A DNA stretch of 61,824 bases, the filler included, from Desulfonatronovibrionaceae bacterium (GTDB lineage Bacteria; Desulfobacterota; Desulfovibrionia; Desulfovibrionales; Desulfonatronovibrionaceae): assembly GCA_046539845.1 (NCBI GenBank). It is 4 parts of 4 records of this genome, joined end to end, with 100 filler letters (N's around TTAATTAATTAA, not from the genome) between each part and the next. Parts side by side here need not be neighbours in the genome. Positions count along the whole stretch, not along the records: positions 31,725 to 47,267 come from JBKHGE010000047.1; positions 47,368 to 61,824 come from JBKHGE010000049.1; 2 more parts are not named here. The stretch is one strand, 5' to 3'. The translations under genes and the position numbers were made by a program. The notes beneath the pieces were generated by a model. That model ran no database searches, was not told where the DNA came from, and saw nothing but the letters and a program-made list of their open reading frames with translations. Below are positions 38,979 to 48,656 of the stretch, one piece after another; the stretch's first letter is position 1; every line of letters starts with the position of its first letter.

Positions 38979-39147
38979 CTCAACATCCCCGCTGAATTAA
39001 AATTCCTCACTTCCCTTGGCCCTTGGACCAGCCTTAAGGACTTTTATATCTCATCCGCCTGAGGCATGCACTCATACAAAGAAAAGATCTCACCCCGTTC
39101 GCATTTATTGCCAAGGAAAATGATGCCTTATACCATAAAATCGCTTT

Positions 39148-42100
39148 TTAATCCGGCCGGGCAGCCAGATATTTCTCCTTCCACCCTTCCAGTGCCTTCC
39201 AGAATCCCTCCTCTATAGCCACCCGGAAATCGTCTCCCAGTTCCACGCTGCAGGCGCAGTCCGGAAGGCACATATGCAGACGCAGGGTGGTGCGGCCAGG
39301 ATGCTCCGTGATTATCCGCTGCAATTCCTCCCAGCACTCATCAGTCTCCGGGACCTCGGGGACATTTACGCAGAGGGGCTTCTCATCCGCCTGCACCGCT
39401 TCGGACAGAGTCCTTACCTCCCGACCCAGAAATTTGAGCTGTTTGCCCTGTTCTTCCCCGTTCATCTGACCTGAACCCTCGAAACTGCTTATCCGGCCCT
39501 TTATCCACAAGGGCTCATCTCCAGCCAGAAGCTCTTTGGCCGGACCATAGACATCGGAGAATAGGGTGATCTCAGCCTGGCCGGTCAGATCCTCGATCTG
39601 GCAGAAGGCCATCTTCTCCCCTTTCTTGTTGATATGCTCCTTTACCGCGGTGACAAGCACCCCGAGCTCCACTTCCCCTCCTCCACTCATTTCCCGGCAT
39701 TCCTGAATTTGATTCAGACTCATACGTTTTATGTCCCGATGGAAAGGAAGCAAGGGGTGACCGCTTAAGAAAATACCCAGGGTCTCCTTTTCCATGCGCA
39801 GCCTGTCAGCGTCCGCAAACTCTTCCATGTCCGCGTGCTCAGATTTTATCCCCAGTCCGGGATGTTTGACCGCAATTTCGTTCATCAAACTGAACAGGGA
39901 GACCTGGCCCTGGCACTTGCTCTTGGCCATGGACTGCGCCCGGGAAACCACCATGTCCATACCCGCGAGCAAAGCACGCCTGGAGCAGTCAAAGCAATCC
40001 ATGGCCCCGGATTTGATAAGCATCTCCACCACCCTTTTGGTCACCTTGCGCATATCCACCCGCTCGCAAAAATCCAAAAGGCTGGTGTAGGGACCGTTTT
40101 TCTTCCTCTCCCGGACTATGGTCTCCACCGCTCCTCTGCCCACGTTCTTGATCCCGGACAGGCCGAAGCGCAGGCAGCCGCCTTCCACGCTGAAATCGTG
40201 CTCGCTGTGGTTCACACAAGGCGCAAGCACGGTTATGTCCATCTCCCGGCAGGCGTTTATATGTGCGATGACCTTATCTGTATTGTTCACCTCCGAGGTT
40301 ATGAGCGCAGCCATGAACTCCACCGGAAAGTGGGCCTTGAGATAGGCGGTCTGATAGGAAACCAAAGCATAGGCGGCACTGTGCGATTTGTTGAATCCGT
40401 ATCCGGCGAATTTCTCCACCAGATCGAATATGTATTCCGCTGTCTCCTCGTCCACACCTCTTTCCTGTGCGCCCTGCAGGAATTTGGAACGCTGCTTGGC
40501 CATAGCCGCCGGGTCCTTCTTGCCCATGGCCCGTCGCAGGATATCCCCATCTCCCAAGGAGTACCCGGCCAGGACCGAGGCAATCTTCATCACCTGCTCC
40601 TGGTACAAAATAACCCCATAGGTCTCCTTTAAAACCTCCTCCAGGTCCGGGTGCGGGTATTTGACCGGGATCTCGCCGTGCTTGCGGCGAATAAAGTCAG
40701 TTACCATCCCGCTCTCCAGCGGACCCGGACGATACAGGGCCAAAAGGGCAATAATGTCCTCGAAGCAGTTCGGCTTCAGATCGGTAAGGACATTCCGCAT
40801 CCCGGAGCTTTCCAGCTGGAAAACTCCGTCTGTCTGGCCCCGAGCCAGAAGGGCGAACGTATCCGGATCTTCCAGGGGCAGGGTGTCTATATCCGGGACC
40901 GTCTTACCTCCCCTGCGGGCCAACTCCAGGGTATCACTTATGACCGTGAGCGTCTTCAGGCCCAGAAAATCGAATTTGATCAGCCCAACCTTTTCCACCC
41001 GCTTCATATCGTACTGGGTGACCACTTCCCCCTTTTTCCCTCGATACAAAGGGAGGTACTCCTGCATGGCCTTATCCGAAATCACAATCCCTGCGGCATG
41101 GGTGGAGGCGTGTCTGGCCAAACCCTCCAGACGGCGGGATATGTTTATGAGCCGGGATATGCTCTCTTCCTCGGCCAGCTTGCGCAGCTCGTTTTCCTTT
41201 TCCAGGGCCTTGTCTATGGTTATTTTGGGGTCGTCCGGGATGAGCTTGGCGATTTTGTCCACCAAAGTGAGCTTCAACCCCAGGGCCCGGCCCACGTCCC
41301 GGACAGCCGCCTTGGACTTCATGGTCCCGAAGGTGGTGATCTGGGCCACGCTCTTTTTGCCATACTTCTCCGTGACGTAACGGATGACTTCCTCGCGCCG
41401 GTTATAACAAAAATCCACATCAATATCCGGCATGCTCTCCCGCTCTGCATTCAAAAATCGCTCAAATAGCAGGGAATAGCGGATGGGATCCAGATTAGTG
41501 ATGCGCAGCGAATAGGCCACCAGGCATCCGGCTGCCGAACCCCGGCCAGGTCCGACCGGGATACCCCGGTCCTTGGCCCAATTGATAAAATCCTGGACTA
41601 TCAAAAAATAGGCAGGGAAACCCTTGTCGCAAATGACCTCCAGTTCCTTGTCCAGCCGCTGCCAGTAGACATCCTCGTCAACCTCGTACGGGAGCTCAGA
41701 GATCCTTTCCGCCAGTCCCTGTTTGGAGAGACGGATGAACTCCTCCTCCAGGGTCCGGCCCTTTGGGACTTCGTATACCGGGAAGTGGTGCCGGCCAAGC
41801 TCCAGCTCCAGACTGCAGTCGTTTACTATTGCGGCCACATTCTCCAGGGCCTCAGGGCAGTCGCTGAACTCTTTTTCCATTTCCTCCGGAGATTTGAAAT
41901 ACAATTCGTCAGTATTGAAACGCATCCGGTTCGAATCATCTACACGGGAATTGGTCTGGATACACAAAAGCACATCATGGGCCTCGACATCCTCTCGGCG
42001 CAGATAATGGCAGTCATTGGTGGCCACCAAGGGGAAATTTTTTTGTAAGGCCATCCTGCGCAGCTGATGATTAACCTCTTCCTGCTCCGGGATGCCGTTG

Positions 42101-42615
42101 GCCTGCATCTCCAGGTAAAAACGACCGGGAAAGATTTGGGCATATTGGCCGGCCGCCTCCAGCCCAGCGCTGTAGTCCCCGCGGTTCAAAAAATACTGCA
42201 CCTCACCCTGCAGACAGGCGGACAGGGCGATTATTCCTTCGCTGTGCCGCTTGAGCACCTCTTTGTCCACGCGGGGCTTATAATAGAATCCCTGCAGCCA
42301 GCCATGGCTGACTATCTTGATCAGATTTTTGTATCCGACAAGGTTTCTGGCCAGCAGTACCAGGTGATAGCGGACCGGGCTCTTTTCCGTGCAACTACCC
42401 GGAGACACATACACCTCACAGCCGACCAGGGGCTTGAGTCCATATTCTTTGGCCGCGGTATAGAAAATGAGCCCGCCAAACAGATTACCATGATCGGTTA
42501 TGGCTGCGGCCGGCATACCGTAATCCACGGATGCCGCGCACAGATCGTTTATCCTTATCGCCCCGTCCAAGAGGCTGAATTCAGTATGGCAGTGCAGATG
42601 GACAAAACCGGACAT
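39148..42615 (-). CDS. dnaE: DNA polymerase III alpha subunit
   Basis: PHP HLHCHTEFSLLDG, GPGRGSAAG, PDIDVD, HAAG, KFDFLGL, FNKSHS, OB fold; start ATG 42615. Confidence 0.98.
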   Translation of the reverse strand: MSGFVHLHCHTEFSLLDGAIRINDLCAASVDYGMPAAAITDHGNLFGGLIFYTAAKEYGLKPLVGCEVYVSPGSCTEKSPVRYHLVLLARNLVGYKNLIKIVSHGWLQGFYYKPRVDKEVLKRHSEGIIALSACLQGEVQYFLNRGDYSAGLEAAGQYAQIFPGRFYLEMQANGIPEQEEVNHQLRRMALQKNFPLVATNDCHYLRREDVEAHDVLLCIQTNSRVDDSNRMRFNTDELYFKSPEEMEKEFSDCPEALENVAAIVNDCSLELELGRHHFPVYEVPKGRTLEEEFIRLSKQGLAERISELPYEVDEDVYWQRLDKELEVICDKGFPAYFLIVQDFINWAKDRGIPVGPGRGSAAGCLVAYSLRITNLDPIRYSLLFERFLNAERESMPDIDVDFCYNRREEVIRYVTEKYGKKSVAQITTFGTMKSKAAVRDVGRALGLKLTLVDKIAKLIPDDPKITIDKALEKENELRKLAEEESISRLINISRRLEGLARHASTHAAGIVISDKAMQEYLPLYRGKKGEVVTQYDMKRVEKVGLIKFDFLGLKTLTVISDTLELARRGGKTVPDIDTLPLEDPDTFALLARGQTDGVFQLESSGMRNVLTDLKPNCFEDIIALLALYRPGPLESGMVTDFIRRKHGEIPVKYPHPDLEEVLKETYGVILYQEQVMKIASVLAGYSLGDGDILRRAMGKKDPAAMAKQRSKFLQGAQERGVDEETAEYIFDLVEKFAGYGFNKSHSAAYALVSYQTAYLKAHFPVEFMAALITSEVNNTDKVIAHINACREMDITVLAPCVNHSEHDFSVEGGCLRFGLSGIKNVGRGAVETIVRERKKNGPYTSLLDFCERVDMRKVTKRVVEMLIKSGAMDCFDCSRRALLAGMDMVVSRAQSMAKSKCQGQVSLFSLMNEIAVKHPGLGIKSEHADMEEFADADRLRMEKETLGIFLSGHPLLPFHRDIKRMSLNQIQECREMSGGGEVELGVLVTAVKEHINKKGEKMAFCQIEDLTGQAEITLFSDVYGPAKELLAGDEPLWIKGRISSFEGSGQMNGEEQGKQLKFLGREVRTLSEAVQADEKPLCVNVPEVPETDECWEELQRIITEHPGRTTLRLHMCLPDCACSVELGDDFRVAIEEGFWKALEGWKEKYLAARPD

Positions 42616-42687
42616 AAACAAAATACCTTTCACATACTTTTAAATCCGGCGGGGATGCCGGATCAGCGGACTTTATTGACTGGCAGG

Positions 42688-44391
42688 TTACGCGCAAATC
42701 CCGTTGCTGTCCACGTACAGGTAACGCTTTATCTTCTGGGTAGGGGTCTTTTCGAACGGCTCGGTCTGTTCGATTATCCGGGCCAGACGCGCGAATCCGG
42801 GGACCCGCTGATTCACGTTCGCTCGCAGCTCCTCCAATAGCTCCCTTATTCTATCCCGGTATTCGGTTTCACTTAGCTCGCCCAGACCCATTTCCCGGTC
42901 TACATACTCGGAATTCAGATAGACCCGGGCGGTAAGCTGGCCGTTTTGCTTGTAAACCAAACTTTCATACACATAATCATACTCGTTTATGGTGGACTCT
43001 ATCTCCTCCGGGTATATATTCTCCCCGCTCGACCCCAAAATCACGTTTTTGGACCGGCCCTTGATGAACAGATAACCCTCCTGATCTAGCCTGCCCAGGT
43101 CTCCGGTCAGGAACCAGCCCTGATCAAAACTGTCCTCGGTAATTTGGGGGGCCTTAAAATAGCCGCGCATCACGTTCGGACCTTTGACCAGGACCTCGCC
43201 TACGCCCATCTTGGGATCCGGATCCTTTATCTTTATCTGCACTCCGGGCAGGGCGGGTCCAGTGGACCTGAACTTCATTTTCTCCGGAGAAGCCCCGGCC
43301 ACCAGGGGAGCGGTCTCAGTCAACCCATAACCCACGGAATAAGGGAATCCGGCCTCATAGAGAAACAACTCGGTATCCCGGGCGATCCCGGCTCCACCGA
43401 TACAAAACACCCGCAGGCATCCGCCGAAGGAATGTAAAAGCTTTTTCCCGGCCATGCGATGCGCCTTTTTACGCAGAAAAGGAACCCGGTATGCGGCCCG
43501 GGCCATTTTATTCTTGTTCAATTGGGGGAGTATTTTACCCTTGAAAATCTTCTCAATGACCAAGGGTACGCTCAAAATCACGGTCGGTTTGACCTCGGCC
43601 ATGGCCGGAAGAAGGATCCGGGGCGTGGGGCGGCCCTGGAGATAATAGACCGCGGCCCCGAGCATTATCGGTGTCAAAAGTCCCAGGGAACATTCATAGG
43701 CATGGGCAAGCGGAAGGATAGACAAAAATCTCTCTTCGTGCGTCGCCCCGACAATACCGGCTGCGGCCCGGGCCTCAAACACAAAATTTTTATGCGTCAG
43801 CATCACACCCTTGGAATGGCCAGTGGTGCCCGAGGTATAGATCACTGCCGCAAGATCATCACCGTCCGGGTTGTTCTGGCCCCGGCCGGTCCACCTCCTG
43901 GCCGTCTCGCGGACCCGGCCCAGTTCCTTTCGGCCCAGATTCAAAGCCCCGGTAAATTTACCGCGCACTGTCCGGGCCGGGAGAACCGAAAAATCATCAA
44001 TAAAGATGACCTGCAGTCCCTCCAGCTCCGCCTCTTCCAGCTTGGGGTAGAGCTGCTTGCTGACGAAAATGGCTTTGGCCCCGCAATGACGCAGGATATG
44101 GGCAATGGCCCCGGTGTGAAAATCCGGGAGTATGGGCACAGCCACTGCGCCTATGCATACGATTCCCAAAAAGGCCACGCCCCAATTGGGCATGTTCTCG
44201 CCCAGAAGAGCCACCCGGTCGCCGGAGGATATCCCGTTTTCAGATAGAAAGGCTCCCAGCCGCTCCACGTCATCAGCGAGCCGGGCGTAGCTGAGCGGCT
44301 CCTGACCGACAAAAGAAAGGGCGGGCTTGTCCGCATATCTGCTACAGCTTGCGTTCAAAACTTCCAGCAGGGTTTCGCTCTGTTCACTCAT
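42688..44391 (-). CDS. Long-chain acyl-CoA synthetase (AMP-binding)
   Basis: YTSGTTGHSKG, GYGLTET, TGDLG, GRSK, KTPTQKIKR; start ATG 44391. Confidence 0.9.
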   Translation of the reverse strand: MSEQSETLLEVLNASCSRYADKPALSFVGQEPLSYARLADDVERLGAFLSENGISSGDRVALLGENMPNWGVAFLGIVCIGAVAVPILPDFHTGAIAHILRHCGAKAIFVSKQLYPKLEEAELEGLQVIFIDDFSVLPARTVRGKFTGALNLGRKELGRVRETARRWTGRGQNNPDGDDLAAVIYTSGTTGHSKGVMLTHKNFVFEARAAAGIVGATHEERFLSILPLAHAYECSLGLLTPIMLGAAVYYLQGRPTPRILLPAMAEVKPTVILSVPLVIEKIFKGKILPQLNKNKMARAAYRVPFLRKKAHRMAGKKLLHSFGGCLRVFCIGGAGIARDTELFLYEAGFPYSVGYGLTETAPLVAGASPEKMKFRSTGPALPGVQIKIKDPDPKMGVGEVLVKGPNVMRGYFKAPQITEDSFDQGWFLTGDLGRLDQEGYLFIKGRSKNVILGSSGENIYPEEIESTINEYDYVYESLVYKQNGQLTARVYLNSEYVDREMGLGELSETEYRDRIRELLEELRANVNQRVPGFARLARIIEQTEPFEKTPTQKIKRYLYVDSNGICA

Positions 44392-44475
44392 CCACGCTCT
44401 CCAGACGCAAAACGCGTATGTGCTGTTTGCCCAATATAGATCGGCCCACAAAAAGGCCTGCTTTCGCCCGGGTCC

Positions 44476-45129
44476 TTACAACCCCATGTCCTTGTTTATC
44501 AAAACCACCTTGATCCTGCCCTTGGGAAAGGACTTCTCGGAAATCGTCCATACGTTGCAGATCCGGTCCGGACTCTGGCAATCCTCACACTCTCCGGTCT
44601 TGGCGCACGGAGTCTTTTTCTCCAAGCGCATGGCGTTGGCCGGAGCGGCAAAATTCTTGATCCGGCTGGCCGCGGCCTCTATATCCGGAACCACCTTGTT
44701 CCGGCCGGCAAGGACAACCACATGTTTGGGACCAAAGGTCAACGCCCCGGTGCGGTTCCCGATCATATCCAGATTGACCAGGGCCCCGTTTTCAGTGACC
44801 GCGTTAGTCCCGAGGATGAACAAATCGCTCAAAAGGGCCTTTCTTCTGGTCTCTATGACCTGCTCCCGGGACTCTTCCTTCTTATAGGTATCAATGACCG
44901 TGATCTGCGTTTGCTCGCTCAGGGCCCTGTACAATCCGCAGTCCTTAAAAGTCGCGGACCCGGCCCAGGAGATCACCCCGGGATTGGTCTGGGGGATTAT
45001 AGTCTCCAGCACCAGCTGCCTGGCCTCGTCCCCGTCCCGGACCACCTGGGCCTCAAAATTATTGTCCACCAGATTCTTTTTTACTGTTTTGAGCTTCATC
45101 AGCCAGTAATTCTCCAGATAATCAGCCAT
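44476..45129 (-). CDS. LUD-domain (lactate utilization LutC/YkgG-like) protein
   Basis: TNAVTENG.LVNLD..GNR, GP..V...G.NK, TPC..TG.C.DC.SP.RIC; GGAGG RBS. Confidence 0.85.
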   Translation of the reverse strand: MADYLENYWLMKLKTVKKNLVDNNFEAQVVRDGDEARQLVLETIIPQTNPGVISWAGSATFKDCGLYRALSEQTQITVIDTYKKEESREQVIETRRKALLSDLFILGTNAVTENGALVNLDMIGNRTGALTFGPKHVVVLAGRNKVVPDIEAAASRIKNFAAPANAMRLEKKTPCAKTGECEDCQSPDRICNVWTISEKSFPKGRIKVVLINKDMGL

Positions 45130-45446
45130 AATACCCTCCGTAAACCCGGTTTGGGGTTTTAGTCCGGGATAGCCCCCGGCCAATTTCACCTGCAAGCAAG
45201 ACCCAATTTACCTAAAAGACCTTGGAAAGGCCAGAGTGGTCCGGGGGTAAATACCGAGCCGGGTTAACTCTTACCGGGGCGAGATAGCCCTGCTTTTCAA
45301 ATGCTTATTGACAATTTTTTATATATAATCCTATCTTTACTAACTAGGACGTAACTGCAAAAAGTCGAAAGGCGAAGTTCAACATAACAATTTGATTTTG
45401 CAACCTTTTAATTTTACTTAAAACTTTCAGCTTAAAACTTAACACT

Positions 45447-45473
45447 GCCTGCAAAAATATATTTTTTGCAGGC
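45447..45473. promoter_or_regulatory. Perfect 11-bp inverted repeat in a divergent intergenic region
   Basis: GCCTGCAAAAA-TATAT-TTTTTGCAGGC. Confidence 0.5.
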
Positions 45474-45661
45474 GCATTAACTAGGAGAACAACCCTTTGG
45501 ATACGACCCAAATATTAAAGGATCTTGCTACACCCAATACAAGAAAGTCTGTCCTGTTTCCACGGGGGCATCTATGATCCACGAAATATGCTCCAGGGTA
45601 TCTGACTCCGTCTACATCCATCCGGTGCCAGTCCCTGCCGCCAATTCATAATGGTAAAAAC

Positions 45662-46972
45662 ATGAATATATCTCCGGAAGAAAAAGACAGGTACCTGGGA
45701 CTGGCCACAGCAGATATGTCCATTGACGATCTGCTCAGCTTCGTCAATGATTTTCCCGCCCTGCTATGGCGAGTCGAAATCCCGAAATCCCGCATAGAAT
45801 TTTTAAACAATAACTACATAGTAGCCCGCGGCTTGGACGGCAAACTGCTCATGAAAAGCATTCAATACCAGAAAAAGATGCTCCTTGAGGAAGACGCTTA
45901 CCTGCTAAATGCCTTCATGGGCGCGGTAAAGGAGGCTCGGACAACCGCCACCGTGTTCCGTACTCGCACGGAATACAACGAAGTCGTCTGGCTCAAGCTG
46001 ACCGGGGCGGCAAACTCCTGGGACCCGCGTTATTATTACGGTTTTCTCTTGAACGTCACAGACACGGTGGAAGTCATCAAAAACATTGTCAGCAAGGACA
46101 TAAATCTGCAACTCCTAGTGGATGACACGGACAATCCCGCCCTGATAGTCGACTATGAGTCCCAGGGGGTAATCTGCTTTAATCCTGAGGCCAGACAGCT
46201 TTTCGGCAAATGGCAAAAGGATCTCGGCGAGCTCAGACTGGATGATCTGTACCGCGAATCCATGAACCTGACCATGAAGGAAATCATGGAAAAAGTCCTC
46301 CTCAACCGGAAGTGGAAAGGGAAACTGGATTTTTATCAAAATGATAAACGCGGCGTGTTCAGCGCGGAAGCGACAATCCGTTATCTTTTGCACAACAGCC
46401 GCAAGCTGCTAAGGATATCTTTTTCCTACCCTCAAGTGAAACAAAAACCAGTCCAGGGACTCAAGCCCAAGCCGGATGTTCTCACCCGGAAATACTTAGA
46501 TGAAAAAATCCAAAAGACTCCTTCGGATATTTCAAAGATCATGCAGGCGGCCTTGTCTTGTCCGCTTATAGACAAGAACTGCCACGGCATTTTATTTTCA
46601 GACATCCATATCCGTAAAAACAAAGTCTTTGTCTATTGGGCCGGGCAACCGTTTGCCGATTTAAAACAGGGAGAACCTTTTTCTTTCAAGGGAAGCATAG
46701 CCGAAGAGATCAACCGCTTTGAGCTTTCCCATCTAGCCCTCCGAGACACCCAGGAAAGCATAAAACCTATCGACTGGGTGTTGTTCGTCCCCCACGGTAT
46801 ACGTTCCTACTTTGCCCGGCCGTTTTATAGCCGTAAGGTACTGCGCACGGTTTTTATACTGTGCTCAAAGACAGCCAGCGCATTTACCGGATATACAGCC
46901 CACGACTTTGATGAACTCTTTACTCCGCTGCATGATGCGATCCGGACCTGGAGAAAGGGAGCGCAAAAATAA
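45662..46972 (+). CDS. PAS/GAF-like sensory-domain protein with no recognisable output domain
   Basis: PAS-like N..ARQLFG...WKG segment; GAF-like C-terminus (GIRSYFARPF); no GGDEF, EAL, kinase or HTH motif seen. Confidence 0.6.
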   Translation: MNISPEEKDRYLGLATADMSIDDLLSFVNDFPALLWRVEIPKSRIEFLNNNYIVARGLDGKLLMKSIQYQKKMLLEEDAYLLNAFMGAVKEARTTATVFRTRTEYNEVVWLKLTGAANSWDPRYYYGFLLNVTDTVEVIKNIVSKDINLQLLVDDTDNPALIVDYESQGVICFNPEARQLFGKWQKDLGELRLDDLYRESMNLTMKEIMEKVLLNRKWKGKLDFYQNDKRGVFSAEATIRYLLHNSRKLLRISFSYPQVKQKPVQGLKPKPDVLTRKYLDEKIQKTPSDISKIMQAALSCPLIDKNCHGILFSDIHIRKNKVFVYWAGQPFADLKQGEPFSFKGSIAEEINRFELSHLALRDTQESIKPIDWVLFVPHGIRSYFARPFYSRKVLRTVFILCSKTASAFTGYTAHDFDELFTPLHDAIRTWRKGAQK

Positions 46973-47267
46973 AAATCCCCGCGCTACAAGCATATTGGCC
47001 CCGCTCCCCATTATTATACCTTTTCGGTCCTTTGAGCCATTGACGCCCAAACAGGGGTTTTTACAACCATAGAAACGGGTTCCTGGAGCATATACTCTCC
47101 TCGCCGGTATAAAGGAACCGGACTCCCACTTTACCATCCCCCCTAATCTTTAAATTGGTTTATCCAAAAATAAAATTGGTCCATATATAATTTAAAATTG
47201 GTATTATTTTAGCAGCACTTTCACCTTTTGCTACAGATTTTCCGGATATAAGCAGTAATAACAACGA

Positions 47268-47367
47268 NNNNNNNNNNNNNNNNNNNNNNNNNNNNNNNNN
47301 NNNNNNNNNNNTTAATTAATTAANNNNNNNNNNNNNNNNNNNNNNNNNNNNNNNNNNNNNNNNNNNN
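47268..47367. other. Artificial contig spacer
   Basis: 44 N + TTAATTAATTAA + 44 N. Confidence 0.99.
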
Positions 47368-47552
47368 TCATTGACTACCCGGTATTTTCCCCGCCTGGCA
47401 CAGCATTTGTTATAACCTTAAATTCCGGGCGGATTATACCCCGCGGACAAATCCAGCCTGCCCGGTAGGCTTTGACTTTTACTGCCGGGTCTTTTACACA
47501 GCCGACGTAAAGATTTAGTTTTTCTTGTCCCGCACAATGGAGGATGCACAAC

Positions 47553-48653
47553 ATGAGGTTTTTTTTGCCTACTCTGCTGGTCTGTCTGATACTGTTCCCT
47601 GCGCCCGGATTCGCACAGTCAAAGGACAAGAATCCTCCCCCTCTGGTCCAGGCAGAAACTGTCACCCTGGAGAACGCGAACCGGCCGAAAAAATACATCG
47701 GCCACGTGGAAGCCATAGAGTCCATAGATCTGCGCGCCAGGGTGCAAGGATATCTGGAGGAGGTCAATTTCAAGGAAGGAGCCAGTGTAAAAAAAGGCGA
47801 TCTCCTTTATGTAATTGAACAACCCCCGTATGAAGCGAGGCTTGAATCGGCCGAAGCCAAGGTCACACAAGCCGAGGCCAATCTGTTCAAGGCCGAAACC
47901 CGCCTGACCCGGCTGCGGTCAGCTCCAGAAGAAAGCGTACGCCAGACCGATATTGACGATGCCATAGCCGCCAGGGATCTGGCTGAAGGCAACCTTAAGG
48001 AAGTCAAAGCCAATCTTAAAATCGCAAAGCTGGACCTGGACTACACCACCATTGAGGCCCCGGTGGACGGCCGGCTGGGCAAGAGTTTTTTCCAGGCTGG
48101 AGCCCTGGTCGGGCCGGAAGCGGGTCCTTTAGGGCGGATAGTGCGCACCGATCCAGTGCGGGTTCGGTTCTCAGTGGGCGAAAAAAGGCTGGACAGCATC
48201 CAGAGCTCCCTTGTTCACGGCAAGCCTCTAAGCGTGAATATTGAAATGCCCGGGAACAAACAATACCCCGGCAAGGGCAGTGTGGAGTTCATGGACAACA
48301 AAGTGGACTCCAAAACCGGAACCATTTCGGTCTGGGCCAGATTTGACAACCCCGAGGGAAGGCTTGTCCCGGGTGAATACGTTAAAGTCTTTCTGCAGTC
48401 CGCGGAGAAAGACATGCAGCCGGCTGTACCCCAGCGGGCCGTGCAGGCCGACAAGGAAGGGGATTTCGTGTTCACTTTGAACAAGGAAGATGAGGTGGAA
48501 AAACGCAGGATTCAGACCGGCGAAAGCGTGGGGAATAAATTCTTGGTCAAATCCGGCCTGAGCAAAGGAGACAGAGTGATCGTCCAGGGGATCCAGAAAG
48601 CGGCCCCCGGCATGAGCGTCAAGGTCGATCCCGTAGAAAAAAAGGACAACTAA
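47553..48653 (+). CDS. RND efflux periplasmic adaptor (MFP)
   Basis: RARVQG, EGASVKKGDLL, YTTIEAPVDG, GLSKGDRVIVQG; GGAGG RBS favours ATG 47553. Confidence 0.93.
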   Translation: MRFFLPTLLVCLILFPAPGFAQSKDKNPPPLVQAETVTLENANRPKKYIGHVEAIESIDLRARVQGYLEEVNFKEGASVKKGDLLYVIEQPPYEARLESAEAKVTQAEANLFKAETRLTRLRSAPEESVRQTDIDDAIAARDLAEGNLKEVKANLKIAKLDLDYTTIEAPVDGRLGKSFFQAGALVGPEAGPLGRIVRTDPVRVRFSVGEKRLDSIQSSLVHGKPLSVNIEMPGNKQYPGKGSVEFMDNKVDSKTGTISVWARFDNPEGRLVPGEYVKVFLQSAEKDMQPAVPQRAVQADKEGDFVFTLNKEDEVEKRRIQTGESVGNKFLVKSGLSKGDRVIVQGIQKAAPGMSVKVDPVEKKDN

Positions 48654-48656
48654 AAC

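Noticed and set aside
38979..39147. preQ1 riboswitch upstream of queD
   Set aside because: No matching stem-loop with A-rich tail seen
45350..45415. GCAAA...CGAAAG resembling a c-di-GMP-I riboswitch
   Set aside because: P2 stem and GACGCAAA element do not form; an Infernal scan would be needed to revive it
15823..47367. TTAATTAATTAA flanked by N runs, three times
   Set aside because: Identical 100-bp six-frame-stop spacers are assembly linkers; adjacency across them has no biological meaning
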